Source of the DNA: Nitrospinales bacterium
GTDB lineage: Bacteria; Nitrospinota; Nitrospinia; Nitrospinales; VA-1
Direction: 5' to 3'
NCBI GenBank assembly: GCA_965262115.1
Contig: OZ253496.1
Location: 2,368,001-2,432,000, forward strand
Length of the DNA stretch: 64,000 nucleotides
Shown: piece by piece, positions 1 to 10,503 of the stretch
Layout of the letters: every line of letters begins with the position of its first letter
How positions within the stretch are numbered: position 1 is the stretch's first letter
The notes under the pieces: generated by a model
Told to the model about the DNA's origin: nothing
What the model saw: the letters and a program-made list of their open reading frames with translations, nothing else
The model's database searches: none
Program-made: the position numbers and the translations under genes

Positions 1-1
1 C

Positions 2-1756
2 TTCAGGCTTCGGGAGGCCAATTTTGGCGGGTTCCCCAAAGGCATTGTTTATAACATTCAGGCATTGGGTTCATGGCTTTACGATAAAGATCCTTTCACC
101 CATCTCAGATTTGAGAAAGTCATGCGGAAAATCAAAAAACATATGCATGAAGGATATTTCGAGGATTTGATTCACCGTTACCTGATTGAAAATAACCATC
201 GCAGTATTCTGGTGGCCACGCCCAAACAGGGCCTTGGCAAGAAATGGGAAGCCAAGGAAAGAAAAATTTTGAAAACGGTTAAAGAGGAACTTGCCTCCGA
301 TCAGATCGATAACATGATCGCAGAAACCCAAAAACTTCAGGAATTGCAATTGACTCCAGATTCTCCAGAAGCGCTTGCCACGCTGCCTTCGCTGGAGATT
401 GAGGATGTTCCCAAAGAAATTGAAAAATATCCCCTAGAAATAAAAAATCAAGGTGACTCACAGATACTGTTTCATGACCTGTTCACCAATGACATTGCTT
501 ACACCCAAATAGGATTCAATACGCACTCGGTACCGGCCGAAATGATTTCCTATATCCCGTTACTGGGAACTCTGGTGCTGGGGATGGGGACTCGCAGGCA
601 TAGCTACTCGGAGATTTCCAAGTTGATCGGCATGCATACCGGCGGAATCCGCACTTCCCATTTTTCTTCGGCAACGGTTCAGGACCGTCAGCAGGTTCTC
701 TCCTATATTTTTTTCAATGGCAAGGCGTTGATTGAAAAAGTGGGCAACCTGTTCGATCTTTTTGATGAACTGTTCGGTGAGTATAGTTTTGATGACACTA
801 AACGACTGGTTGAAATCATTCGCAGTGCCAAGTCTGATATGGAAGATTCGATTGTCCCGCATGGCAATCATTATGTGTTGGCGAGACTTCAGTCCTACCA
901 GTCTCGGCTCGGAAAGTTTGATGAGCTGACCGATGGGATCACCTATTACAAGTTTTTGGAGCAATTGCTGGAGCGTGTGGAGAAAAACCCGGCGGAGGTT
1001 GCTGGGCAGTTCCGACAGGTCGCCGAACGGGTCTTTACCCGCAAGAACGCTCTGTTTAATATCACCTCCGGGGAAAAGGATTACCAGATTATAGAAAAGA
1101 GAATCGTCGGGACGGTCGGCGTCCTTTCGGATAAGGAATGGAGTAGGGAGGAATGGGACCTGAAAGCGGCACCCCTGAACGAGGGTTTTTTGACTGCCAG
1201 TACCGTTCAGCATGTAGGCAAAGGGGCCAACCTGTATGATTTAGGATTCAAATATTCCGGCCAGTTTGAGGTGCTCAAAGGCCTTCTTGGAACAGGATTC
1301 TTATGGGACAAGGTTCGCGTGCATGGTGGCGCCTACGGCAGTGGCAACTCGTTCGATTTTTTTACCGGTGATTACAGCCTGGTTTCCTACCGCGACCCCA
1401 ACCTTTCCGAAACGTTGGCCGTCTATGATGAGATCGCGGACTTCCTGAATCATCTGGAACTGCCCTCTGAAGAACTGACCAAAATCATCATCGGCTGTGT
1501 TGGGAAAATGGACCCTCCTTTAACCGCCGACCGCAAAGGTTCGGCTTCCATGATCGATCATCTCACAGGCCGCACCCACGAATTGAAACAGAAAATTCGT
1601 GAAGAGTTGTTGTCCACCCAGCTGGAGGATTTGAAGGATTATGCCCCGCTGTTTGAAAAAATCCGCGACGGCGGCAATGTCTGTGCCCTGGGTAATGAGG
1701 ATAATCTCAAAAAATCCAAATCTGTCTTCGGCCAACTGGTTAAAGTCTTCCACTAG
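2..1756 (+). CDS. Presequence protease-like M16C metallopeptidase (5'-truncated by window)
   Basis: Frame open from base 2 (FRLREANFGGFPKG); motifs HTGGI, LWDKVRVHGGAYG, SYRDPN. Confidence 0.9.
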   Translation, partial: FRLREANFGGFPKGIVYNIQALGSWLYDKDPFTHLRFEKVMRKIKKHMHEGYFEDLIHRYLIENNHRSILVATPKQGLGKKWEAKERKILKTVKEELASDQIDNMIAETQKLQELQLTPDSPEALATLPSLEIEDVPKEIEKYPLEIKNQGDSQILFHDLFTNDIAYTQIGFNTHSVPAEMISYIPLLGTLVLGMGTRRHSYSEISKLIGMHTGGIRTSHFSSATVQDRQQVLSYIFFNGKALIEKVGNLFDLFDELFGEYSFDDTKRLVEIIRSAKSDMEDSIVPHGNHYVLARLQSYQSRLGKFDELTDGITYYKFLEQLLERVEKNPAEVAGQFRQVAERVFTRKNALFNITSGEKDYQIIEKRIVGTVGVLSDKEWSREEWDLKAAPLNEGFLTASTVQHVGKGANLYDLGFKYSGQFEVLKGLLGTGFLWDKVRVHGGAYGSGNSFDFFTGDYSLVSYRDPNLSETLAVYDEIADFLNHLELPSEELTKIIIGCVGKMDPPLTADRKGSASMIDHLTGRTHELKQKIREELLSTQLEDLKDYAPLFEKIRDGGNVCALGNEDNLKKSKSVFGQLVKVFH

Positions 1757-1803
1757 CCGGGCCACACCGGGTGATAGCTGGCTCCACGCCTTCGGCGGTC
1801 GCG

Positions 1804-1843
1804 TGTTATGCCCCCTCATTAGCTTTCATGCCCCGAAGGGATA
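1804..1843 (-). repeat. ~40-nt TACCCC unit copy
   Basis: Reverse complement TATCCCTTCGGGGCATGAAAGCTAATGAGGGGGCATAACA matches the other copies. Confidence 0.85.
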
Positions 1844-1947
1844 GTAAGCTTCACCGCCACATTGCCATCGGTCACTGGCCGAGCTTAAGTTTCGAGTGTT
1901 TCCTGTCGATAAATAGTACAGAAGAATTCCCTGTTGACAGGTGAGAC

Positions 1948-2112
1948 ATGAAGCTCAAGCGCAAAGAAATTCTGGACCTTTTAAGGTCATTTGGGGTGAG
2001 CCAGGTTTCCGGGTTGAAGAATGGTTGCCGCGATTACGAGACGTATTTTAAAAAGCGCCAGAGGCGGGAAGATCAGGCGTTCCATGCGTTCATAGAGACT
2101 TGGCGAACTTAG
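1948..2112 (+). CDS. Possible 54-aa small protein (MKLKRKEILDLLRSFG...)
   Basis: ATG preceded by AGGTGA, open to TAG; no recognised homology. Confidence 0.3.
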   Translation: MKLKRKEILDLLRSFGVSQVSGLKNGCRDYETYFKKRQRREDQAFHAFIETWRT

Positions 2113-2204
2113 CGTAGAACCTCCGCAGGCCAGCGTAACGCTGGACTCAAAATGCAATGACCCAGGTTTGCTCAGTAGGGCACATTGTTGCAGGCTAGAT
2201 AAAG

Positions 2205-2801
2205 CTATTGCCCATTGCCCCCGGTCGCTGGCCGGTTGCTTATTAGGCCCCACGCCGAGTGGAAGGCTTTTTCCATTTCAGGCAGTTGGGCCAGTTCTGG
2301 GACCACTTCCAGATACCGGATGACCCCGTCACGGTCGAGCACAATGATGGCCCGTGCCAGCAGGCGGTTTTCCTCAATCAAAAGCCCGGTTGATCGACCA
2401 AACTCAGCATCCCGATAATCCGACAGAAACAGAATATTGTGAATATTGGCCTCTTTCGCGAAGCGTTTTTGTGCGAAAGGCAGATCCCTGCTGATCGTTA
2501 CCAGATTGGCGGTTTGATCCAGCCCCTTGTTCTCTTCGCTGAGTATGTGAGTCTGTTTTTCGCAGGTGGGAGTATCCAACGAGGGAACGACACTCAGTAT
2601 TGTCACCTTGCCTTTAAACGATTGCAGATCAATCATTTTCAAACCAAGGTCAGGGAGGCTGACAGTCGGGAGTGTTTGACCCACCCGCGCTTTTTCTCCC
2701 ATCAACGTCAGTGGTTTTCCTCTTAACGTTACCTCCTGCCCCCAACTCGATCCCGCAAAAATCAGGACCAGAATTAGACTTCCATATATTTTATGAAGCA
2801 T
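2205..2801 (-). CDS. tpx: Thiol peroxidase (Tpx family) with N-terminal signal peptide
   Basis: VVPSLDTPTC, ISRDLPFAQKRF, LLARA motifs; hydrophobic N-terminus. Confidence 0.85.
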   Translation of the reverse strand: MLHKIYGSLILVLIFAGSSWGQEVTLRGKPLTLMGEKARVGQTLPTVSLPDLGLKMIDLQSFKGKVTILSVVPSLDTPTCEKQTHILSEENKGLDQTANLVTISRDLPFAQKRFAKEANIHNILFLSDYRDAEFGRSTGLLIEENRLLARAIIVLDRDGVIRYLEVVPELAQLPEMEKAFHSAWGLISNRPATGGNGQ

Positions 2802-2910
2802 AATAAACTCTCCTTTTTATTAGACTTTTCTGCCACATCTTAACATTTTAGTGAGATGGCTTGCTTTTATTGAGCAAATGATGTGGCTCTGTTAAGATCA
2901 AAGTTAAATT

Positions 2911-3496
2911 ATGAATGGCACCATTACAGAACTAAAAAGAAATATCAAAGCCTGCACTCTTTGTGAAGCGGACCTTCCTTTTCCTGCAAACCCCATCTTC
3001 TCATTTTCCGCGACATCAAAAATACTCATCGTGGGGCAGGCACCGGGAATCAAAGTGCATGAATCCGGCACTCCATGGAACGATGCCAGCGGTGACAGGT
3101 TGCGCGAATGGATGCAGGTCTCGAAAGAACAATTCTATAACACGAAGTATTTTTCAATTGTGTCGATGGGGTTCTGCTACCCCGGAAAAGGTAAATCAGG
3201 GGATTTGCCTCCCCGTCCTGAATGCGCTGAAAAATGGATGTCACCTATCCTTGAGAAATTGCCCAAGCGGCAACTGACTCTTCTAATCGGCCAATACGCG
3301 CAAGGCTGGTTTTTGAAGTCCCGCAAAAAACCGACCCTGACAGAAACGGTAAAAAAACTGGAAACTTTACCTGCCCGAGTATTTTGTTTTGCCTCACCCT
3401 TCACCACGCAATAATATCTGGCTCAAGAAAAACCCGTGGTTCGAAAAAAAGCTGGTGCCACAGTTGGAAAAAAGAATCACCGAGTACCTGTCGTGA
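2911..3496 (+). CDS. Uracil-DNA glycosylase family protein, frameshifted at A7 run 3351-3357
   Basis: GQAPG, WNDASG, GFCYPG; conserved LPHPSPRNNIWLKKNPWFE tail continues in another frame to TGA 3496. Confidence 0.8.
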
Positions 3497-3499
3497 CAA

Positions 3500-5872
3500 T
3501 CAAAACTCGACGACAGTGACCCCATCGCCGCCTTCGTGGCGCGAACCAGGGGTGAACTGTTTGCAGAGCCCGGCCTTTTCCAGATAATTGCGTACCAGAG
3601 TCTTAATCGTTCCCATACCATGACCGTGAATGATGCGCACTCTCTGCGCTTTCTGCACAATGGCCCGGCTGATGAAAGCTTCCATAACCGCTTCGGCTTC
3701 TTCTGAGTTCATGCCCCTTAAATCACAGGAGGACACCGAACCGCCCTCTGACTCGGTATGGACAGTCAATGAAAATTTTTTTTCGGATTTTTTGCCCTTT
3801 TGTCGCGAGTTACCACGAAGGGCGCTGGCTTCAACAATAGTTGTGATATTGCCCATTTGCACCCGCAGTTTTTTCTTTCCTTCAGGGGGTTCCAGAAGGG
3901 TGCCGAGGGTGCCCAGGTTCAAAATTAAAACCGGGTCTCCGGTTTTCAGGTTTCCGGCTGGTAGGGACCATTCGTCGATATCGTCCACTTTCGGAGACAG
4001 AGGCACCTGACTCATGGATTGCATTTGCTTTTCCACCTTGCGGATTTTGGGAAGGTCTTTTTCGCCTTTGATCTCTTGAATCATTTTCTGGATTTCAGCT
4101 TTTCCGGCACGCACTTCCGCCTGTAATTTTTTGGTTTTGTTTTTTTGAAAATCCTTTTCTTCATCCCGCAGTCGATGAGTCAGGATTTTCTGTTCCCTCG
4201 CCAGGAATTCAACTTCATCCTTCCGCTGTTTTATTTCTTCCCGATCCCGGCTTAGTTCCAGTCTCTGGCGGGTCAAATCTGCGAGCAGGTCTTCGGCACG
4301 GTTCTCTTTGGCCTGATACAAACTGCGAGCCTGATCGATGATGTTTTTTTGAAGGCCCAGTCGCTCGGCGGTGTCAAGGGCGGCGCTTTGCCCCGGCGCT
4401 CCAAAGATCAATCGGTAGGTGGGACTCAACGTGTCGAGATCAAACTCCGTGCAGGCATTGAGGAAACCTTCGTGAGTTTGCGCCAGAATCTTTAAAGTAA
4501 AATAGTGGGTGGAGACCAATGTTATGACATTTTTGCTTTTAAGATCAAAAAGAATGGCTTCTGCCAGAGCCGCTCCTTCTTGTGGGTCGGTGGCAATTCC
4601 CAACTCGTCCAGAAGTACCAGGGAACCCGAGTCAACATGATTCAGAATATGAACAATTTTTTTCAAGTGTCCGGAAAAAGTAGATAGCTTTAATTGAATA
4701 TTCTGGTCATCACCGATGTCGGAATAAACCTTCGGGAAAAACGGGATACTGGAACTCCCTTTAACGGGAAGATACAGCCCCATCCTGGCCATGAGAGCCA
4801 GCAGACCCAGAGTTTTTAGCGTTACGGTTTTACCTCCAGTATTGGGGCCGGAAATGATCACCACTCGAACCGAGTCGTCCCACTCAATGGTATTGGGAAT
4901 CACCGTTTCACCATCCAGAACCAGTTCCGGATTCCGGGCTTCCTTAAGCTCCATGATCGAGTCACGGTTCATGGGGCAGTTCACCGCCGACATGGTTTTA
5001 GCCAGACGGGCTTTGGCGTGAATGAGATCCAGAGATACCAGTGTCTCAAGATTTCTTTCCAGTGGTTCCTGGAACTGCCGGGTTTGAAGGGCCAGAGCTT
5101 GCAGGATTTTAATTTTTTCCTGCATGACTTGAAGCCGGGCTATTTTCAATTGATTGTTCAGCGGCACGATGGAAGTGGGCTCTATAAACAGAGTCTGTCC
5201 TGTTCCTGAACTATCATGCACAATGCCGTCCACTCGGGACTTGAACTCCGCCCGCACCGGGATGACCATACGCTCCTCACGTTCGGTGATGTACGAATCC
5301 TGCAGCGCTTCGCGGATGCTATCCGAATTGAGGAGACGTTGCAGGCGTTCTTCCAGTTTGCTTTTTGTGGTGTCAGCATTACGTAGAGCCTGGCGCAGTT
5401 CCGGTGTGGCATTTTCCCGGATGTTCCCCTCATCATCGATACAACGGACCAGATCATTGAAAAACTCTTTGAGGGGATTAAGTCTTTCCAGCCAGGACAG
5501 CAAGCGGGGATAAATGGGTTTTTTATCTCGACATAGATTTCGACACAATCGCAAAAGTTTGATGACCGACAGGCATTGCTCCGGCTCGATCATTTTTTGT
5601 TCTTCAACAGCCTGGAAAACAGGGCGAAGGTCCTCAAACCGATCCATAGGAAAGGAGTCCAAAGAATCCAGCAAGACCACCATCTCGGCGGTTTCTTCGA
5701 GCAGGGTTTGTGCTGAATCAAAATCCTCTTCGGGTTTTAAATCCTGGCAGTGATCCTGCGTGATGGGGGAGCAGGCATGGTTTGCCAATGCCGAAGCCAC
5801 TCTGCCCCAGCCCAAAAGCTGCATGGATTTTTCAATCAGATGAACTGAGTCGGATGATGGTGTGTCGCTCAT
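3500..5872 (-). CDS. mutS2: Endonuclease MutS2
   Basis: Walker A SGPNTGGKT, LSTFSGH, LLDELG, C-terminal Smr domain (DLRG...IIHGHGMG). Confidence 0.93.
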   Translation of the reverse strand: MSDTPSSDSVHLIEKSMQLLGWGRVASALANHACSPITQDHCQDLKPEEDFDSAQTLLEETAEMVVLLDSLDSFPMDRFEDLRPVFQAVEEQKMIEPEQCLSVIKLLRLCRNLCRDKKPIYPRLLSWLERLNPLKEFFNDLVRCIDDEGNIRENATPELRQALRNADTTKSKLEERLQRLLNSDSIREALQDSYITEREERMVIPVRAEFKSRVDGIVHDSSGTGQTLFIEPTSIVPLNNQLKIARLQVMQEKIKILQALALQTRQFQEPLERNLETLVSLDLIHAKARLAKTMSAVNCPMNRDSIMELKEARNPELVLDGETVIPNTIEWDDSVRVVIISGPNTGGKTVTLKTLGLLALMARMGLYLPVKGSSSIPFFPKVYSDIGDDQNIQLKLSTFSGHLKKIVHILNHVDSGSLVLLDELGIATDPQEGAALAEAILFDLKSKNVITLVSTHYFTLKILAQTHEGFLNACTEFDLDTLSPTYRLIFGAPGQSAALDTAERLGLQKNIIDQARSLYQAKENRAEDLLADLTRQRLELSRDREEIKQRKDEVEFLAREQKILTHRLRDEEKDFQKNKTKKLQAEVRAGKAEIQKMIQEIKGEKDLPKIRKVEKQMQSMSQVPLSPKVDDIDEWSLPAGNLKTGDPVLILNLGTLGTLLEPPEGKKKLRVQMGNITTIVEASALRGNSRQKGKKSEKKFSLTVHTESEGGSVSSCDLRGMNSEEAEAVMEAFISRAIVQKAQRVRIIHGHGMGTIKTLVRNYLEKAGLCKQFTPGSRHEGGDGVTVVEF

Positions 5873-5880
5873 AACATGGA

Positions 5881-7200
5881 TTACACTAAGGTGGACTCGA
5901 TAAGAATGCTCACTCGGGCGTCATAAAGGCGGTTGGGGTCGCGAAAATGTTTATATCCATACAAAAGAACCGCGAGATCTTTTTCGACTTTCTTTTTATA
6001 GCTGGTCTTTTTTTCTCCAGGGATAAGCGTACTGCCATGAATCTGGAGTTTTTGTGTGGTGATGGTGACGGGTTTATCGAAGTCAATGGTTTCGCTATTG
6101 AAATACAAATCATATTTAATGATGTGCTGGCCCATCACTTCAAACTGGTTTTGTCCTTTACGGGTGGCAAACAGGGTGGCGATTTTGCCATCACGTTTAA
6201 TCGGGTTTGGGCTTTCTGGTCCGGGCAGTTCCAGCAAGGCAAGGTCCTGTCCTTGAATCAGCCGGGCCCAGTGGATCGCACCGAGGTGGTTGCCTTCCCG
6301 GGTCATGCGCACAACATCAGGGTTCAACCTGCGTTTCTGTTTTCCAATCCATTCCACCATTGCAGGCACTTCCGATTCGGGCAGGAAATGGCCGCCGTGT
6401 GCCGTGCCTTTTTCTCCATGCTCCAGGTAGCGGACGGGGTATTTCATATCGGAGAGAATTTTATGAATTCGTCGGCTGAGCTGGATAGGGAAAATAGGAT
6501 CGTGCGCGCCTTGAATCATATAAATCGGCGTGTTGCGTAGATTCACCAGAAAATGCATGTACCGGGGCGTGATGCTTCCGGCAATGGGAATCAGTCCGGC
6601 AAATCGGTCCGGATAAAACATGCCGATCATGTAAGCGCCGATAGCGCCATTGGACAACCCGGCAAGAAAAACCCTATCTGAATCTATATTGTATTTTTCA
6701 CGAACCTGATCGATGAGTCTGAGTACCATTTCCTCGGCGGGCCGGGCCCACCAGGCCCCCATCGGGTAAGTGGGACACAATACCGCAACCTTTTTATTCA
6801 GACGTTCAACCCAGGCCGGAATGGTGTTGGCACCGCTACCGCCCAGCCCATGCAAGATGACTACGAGTGGAATCTTTTCATCCGATCCCGATGGCTCGGG
6901 AAGAAACAAGGCATAAGGATAGTCTTTTCCATTATGGGTGATCTGTAAATTTTTTTGAAGTCCAACCGGGCCCGGGTTTTTCCTTGCCCGTGCGCGTAGG
7001 ATGGATTTGATGGTTTCGTGTTGTACCTGGCCCGACTGCAAGCGTTTCAGCACCTGGATTTCCACATCGGGGTCCTGGGTGGAAATAAACAAATCCACTT
7101 CCGACTTGATGTCCAGTGTTTCCCGTACCTTGCCGGACTCCTGCACCGCAGAGCACGCCACGACAAACAGCAGGATCAAACTCATTTTCAGGGTATTCAT
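5881..7200 (-). CDS. Lipoprotein alpha/beta-hydrolase (esterase-like)
   Basis: Lipobox VVAC, LHGLGG oxyanion motif, GLSNG nucleophile elbow, later D and H. Confidence 0.75.
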   Translation of the reverse strand: MNTLKMSLILLFVVACSAVQESGKVRETLDIKSEVDLFISTQDPDVEIQVLKRLQSGQVQHETIKSILRARARKNPGPVGLQKNLQITHNGKDYPYALFLPEPSGSDEKIPLVVILHGLGGSGANTIPAWVERLNKKVAVLCPTYPMGAWWARPAEEMVLRLIDQVREKYNIDSDRVFLAGLSNGAIGAYMIGMFYPDRFAGLIPIAGSITPRYMHFLVNLRNTPIYMIQGAHDPIFPIQLSRRIHKILSDMKYPVRYLEHGEKGTAHGGHFLPESEVPAMVEWIGKQKRRLNPDVVRMTREGNHLGAIHWARLIQGQDLALLELPGPESPNPIKRDGKIATLFATRKGQNQFEVMGQHIIKYDLYFNSETIDFDKPVTITTQKLQIHGSTLIPGEKKTSYKKKVEKDLAVLLYGYKHFRDPNRLYDARVSILIESTLV

Positions 7201-7441
7201 GCTTTACACAGTATCGAACTTTAAAATCTTTGTAAAGGCTTTAGGGTTGGCCTAAATGATTAATTTTATTGGAATTTTCTGTCCTCATGCGGTAAGATTT
7301 ATCTCTGTTTAGCCACGTTGTTCAATTTTTTAGGAGCCCTTCAAAAATTTCCTGCGGCCGTGAGCGTACCCTTTGAAAAAGGAACGCGAATTGCCAGTCG
7401 AAAAATATTAAATTAACAAACAGATATTTTAAATCTTCTTA

Positions 7442-8236
7442 ATGGCCTGCCTGATGAATTCATTAAAAGCACTGGTTCAAACTCTGGTTAAAACTCTCAA
7501 TCTGGGAACTCTCTCGCTTGGAAAATGTCGAATGGATGCAGGGGAACCTGCCGCACTGACCCGGATGTTCACGTTAAAGAAAAATGGGATGGATTATGTG
7601 GGGCAGGTCCGGGTGCGTCCCGGGTACCCGGCCGTTCGCATCGAAGTCTTCAATGAAAATTATTTTGAGGAGTTCGACCAGCCTGAATCGGCTGTGCTCG
7701 ACAATCTGGCCGGGAAAGTTCTGGGTCGGTTGTTAAAGGATAAAGAATTGCCGGAAGCGGTGAAAACTTCTATCCGTGAATATATTGAAGAGCAGGAATC
7801 GAGTGGCGAGAAAGAAGAAGTTATTGAATCCGGAAACGAACGCGATCTGGATAAAATTTTTGAGCGTTTGAATCAGGAGTATTTCAGTGACCGGATTCAA
7901 GCCAAGGTCATGTGGGGGCGCGATGTGAAATCGCGGAACAAAAGTGGTTTTCGCTATGGCTCCTATGATGAGGGAAAAAAACTCATCCGGGTTCATCCAC
8001 GGTTGAAGCAGGACTTTGTGCCTCTGTGCGTGTTGGAACTCACTGTCTACCATGAAATGTGCCACCAGTTTGCCCCGTCTTATAAAAGGAATGGAACCTG
8101 GCAGAGCCATCACCCTGAATTTAAAAAGAAAGAGCGGGAGTACAAGGACTTCAAAGACGCCCGCAACTGGGAGAAGCACAACTGGCATCGTTTACTCCTT
8201 CCCGCCGAAGAAAACGCCGAATTGGTGACAGCCTAA
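7442..8236 (+). CDS. SprT-like zinc metalloprotease domain protein
   Basis: FERLNQEYF, HEMCH, HHPEF motifs. Confidence 0.7.
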   Translation: MACLMNSLKALVQTLVKTLNLGTLSLGKCRMDAGEPAALTRMFTLKKNGMDYVGQVRVRPGYPAVRIEVFNENYFEEFDQPESAVLDNLAGKVLGRLLKDKELPEAVKTSIREYIEEQESSGEKEEVIESGNERDLDKIFERLNQEYFSDRIQAKVMWGRDVKSRNKSGFRYGSYDEGKKLIRVHPRLKQDFVPLCVLELTVYHEMCHQFAPSYKRNGTWQSHHPEFKKKEREYKDFKDARNWEKHNWHRLLLPAEENAELVTA

Positions 8237-8330
8237 CCCTCTGGGCTATGAAGCTATTGCTAGTTGTCTTCAGCGTCACGCTGATCCCCATTGCAATTAC
8301 CACTGATTTGGCCTAAATTGGTTCCACGCC

Positions 8331-8669
8331 ATGAAAATGATCAAATGCTACATTCAGTATGAAAAACTGGAAGCGCTCCGGGAAAAGCTTTTTGAACTGG
8401 GAGTACCTGGAATTTCTGTGGTCGATGCCAAAGGCATTGGCAAACCGATGAGCCATTTAAAATCAGACCCCGAATTGAAGGTTCCTCAATTCCATCCCTG
8501 CGTGGAAATTTCGGTGGTTCTTGAAGCCGAAGCGGTGGATGAAGTGGTGGACATGATTGTGAAGACGGTGCATACCGGTGGCTTGAGCGATGGGAAGGTT
8601 TTTGTCCTGCCGGTTGAAGAGGCCGTCCGGGTCCGCACCGGGGAACGGGGCAAGCAGGCCCTCTACTAG
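8331..8669 (+). CDS. P-II family protein with atypical T-loop
   Basis: 112 aa; TGGLSDGKVFVLPV..VRVRTGERG C-terminal PII signature. Confidence 0.85.
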   Translation: MKMIKCYIQYEKLEALREKLFELGVPGISVVDAKGIGKPMSHLKSDPELKVPQFHPCVEISVVLEAEAVDEVVDMIVKTVHTGGLSDGKVFVLPVEEAVRVRTGERGKQALY

Positions 8670-8685
8670 TTAAGGCAAGCTTCCG

Positions 8686-9366
8686 TTGATTGCTGAAAAT
8701 CTCACCGAGGTTTTGGAAAGGATTTCCCAGGCCACCCAAAAGTCGGGAAGAGAACCGGGCAGTGCCCGTCTGGTTACAGTTTCCAAACAAGTAGATATTG
8801 CCCAAATAGGTGAAGCCGGTACTGCCGGGGCCGTGATATTCGGCGAGAATAAAATCCAGGAAGCGGTTCCCAAGATAGAGCAAATGGGATCGCAAGATAT
8901 TATCTGGCATTTTATCGGCCACTTGCAAAAGAACAAGGTCAAGTTTCTCGATGAGCGCTTTGACTTGATCCACTCGGTGGACAGCCTCGAACTGGCGGAG
9001 AAAATCGCTAAACAGTGCCAGTCAGAAAACCGGGTACAGAGGGTTTTGTTGCAGGTCAATGTTTCCGGCGAAACCGCAAAGTTTGGCATGGAACCGGGCG
9101 AACTGGAAAAGCAGATGGATGATTTTTCCCGGTTGCAAGGGATCATGGTTGAGGGCCTGATGACTATCCCGCCTTTCCACCCCGACCCGGAAAATTCCCG
9201 TAAGCATTTTTCCCGGTTGCGGGAGCTTCGTGAGCAATGCGAAAAACAGAACGGAGTTTCCCTTCACGAACTTTCCATGGGCATGAGCGACGATTTTGAG
9301 GTCGCGGTGGAAGAGGGGGCGACCCTGGTTCGCGTCGGAACAGCTATTTTTGGCCCCCGCCACTAG
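8686..9366 (+). CDS. yggS: PLP homeostasis protein (YggS family)
   Basis: VSK, FGENKIQE, WHFIGHLQKNK, LSMGMSDDF, VRVGTAIFG. Confidence 0.93.
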   Translation: MIAENLTEVLERISQATQKSGREPGSARLVTVSKQVDIAQIGEAGTAGAVIFGENKIQEAVPKIEQMGSQDIIWHFIGHLQKNKVKFLDERFDLIHSVDSLELAEKIAKQCQSENRVQRVLLQVNVSGETAKFGMEPGELEKQMDDFSRLQGIMVEGLMTIPPFHPDPENSRKHFSRLRELREQCEKQNGVSLHELSMGMSDDFEVAVEEGATLVRVGTAIFGPRH

Positions 9367-9396
9367 GCGTTGGGCCAGTGAGCCGCCAACATAGTT

Positions 9397-9429
9397 CCCT
9401 CTTTGTCAAAGAGGGCTAGGGTGATTTAC
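9397..9429 (+). repeat. CCCTCTTT-N-AAAGAGGG palindromic repeat, uninterrupted copy
   Basis: Same element at ~32698 and ~33185 carries a 40-nt insert; related hairpins at 21061-21094 and 47514-47547. Confidence 0.7.
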
Positions 9430-9467
9430 CAAGGGGTCTACTTTTAATTAAAACTTCCTCTGAGAAG

Positions 9468-9547
9468 TACCCCTCCAGGGCATGTGGGATGCCTTCTTCA
9501 TTTGTCTTCATGCCCGGAGCGGGTAAAGACAAAGGTGAAATATCGCA
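9468..9547. repeat. Two nested 40-nt units (inner copy 9485-9525 inverted)
   Basis: TACCCCTCCAGGGCATG[rc TACCCGCTCCGGGCATGAAGACAAATGAAGAAGGCATCCCA]AAGACAAAGGTGAAATATCGCA. Confidence 0.8.
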
Positions 9548-9605
9548 GGAGAGAATGGGGTAAATAAATGTTTCCAGATTTAAAATCAACGGGGAGAACA
9601 ACCTT

Positions 9606-10475
9606 GTGCTGAAAAATAAAAAATTGGGATTCATCGGTGGCGGCAATATGGCTGAAGCCATGATTAAAGGGCTGCTTTCCGCTTCCTTTATCGAATCGAA
9701 AAACATTTTTGTCTCGGAACCGTCTGAGCAGAAACGCAATGCCTTGCACACGGAGTACAAAATCAAAGTCACTGCCGACAACCGTGAACTGGCGAAGAAA
9801 TCTGACATCCTCGTTCTCGCGGTCAAGACGCAGATATTGAAAGAGGTTCTCCGCGATATTAGTTCTCTGGTAGATCATGACAAGTTGGTAATATCCATTG
9901 CTGCGGGTGTTCCCATTTCCATTATAAATAGTGCCCTGCGTGGCAAGAGCAATAAAAAGTTCAGCGTGGTGCGCACCATGCCCAATACCCCGGCACTGGT
10001 TCAGGAAGGAGTGACAGCGATCGCTTCCGGCGAACATGTTACTAAAGCGGATGTGAAAATCGCCCACCGTATTTTTGAAGCGGTGGGTCGCACTGTCGAT
10101 GTCGAAGAAGACCACCTCGACGCCGTGACGGGTTTAAGCGGTAGCGGCCCGGCTTATATCTTCATGCTGATCGAAGCGCTTTCTGACTCGGGAGTCAAGA
10201 TGGGTCTTTCGCGCGAAGTGGCCAATACCCTGACTATCCAGACGGTGCTGGGTTCCGCCAAACTGGCGCGGGAGAGTGGCAAGCATCCTGGCGAACTTAA
10301 AGACATGGTTACTTCACCGGCCGGCACCACCATCGCCGGCCTGCACGCTCTGGAAGAGGGGGGTCTGCGCACCACCATGATGAACGCGGTGGAAGACGCC
10401 ACCCTGCGGTCGCGCGAATTGGGCAAAATCGCTATTAATAAAAATCAGTCAGCAGCAGAAGATAAAGAGCAATAA
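9606..10475 (+). CDS. proC: Pyrroline-5-carboxylate reductase
   Basis: GFIGGGNMA, RTMPNTP, GLSGSGPAY, VTSPAGTT. Confidence 0.95.
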   Translation: MLKNKKLGFIGGGNMAEAMIKGLLSASFIESKNIFVSEPSEQKRNALHTEYKIKVTADNRELAKKSDILVLAVKTQILKEVLRDISSLVDHDKLVISIAAGVPISIINSALRGKSNKKFSVVRTMPNTPALVQEGVTAIASGEHVTKADVKIAHRIFEAVGRTVDVEEDHLDAVTGLSGSGPAYIFMLIEALSDSGVKMGLSREVANTLTIQTVLGSAKLARESGKHPGELKDMVTSPAGTTIAGLHALEEGGLRTTMMNAVEDATLRSRELGKIAINKNQSAAEDKEQ

Positions 10476-10503
10476 TTTTACTTTCCACTTACAGGGAAAA
10501 CGT

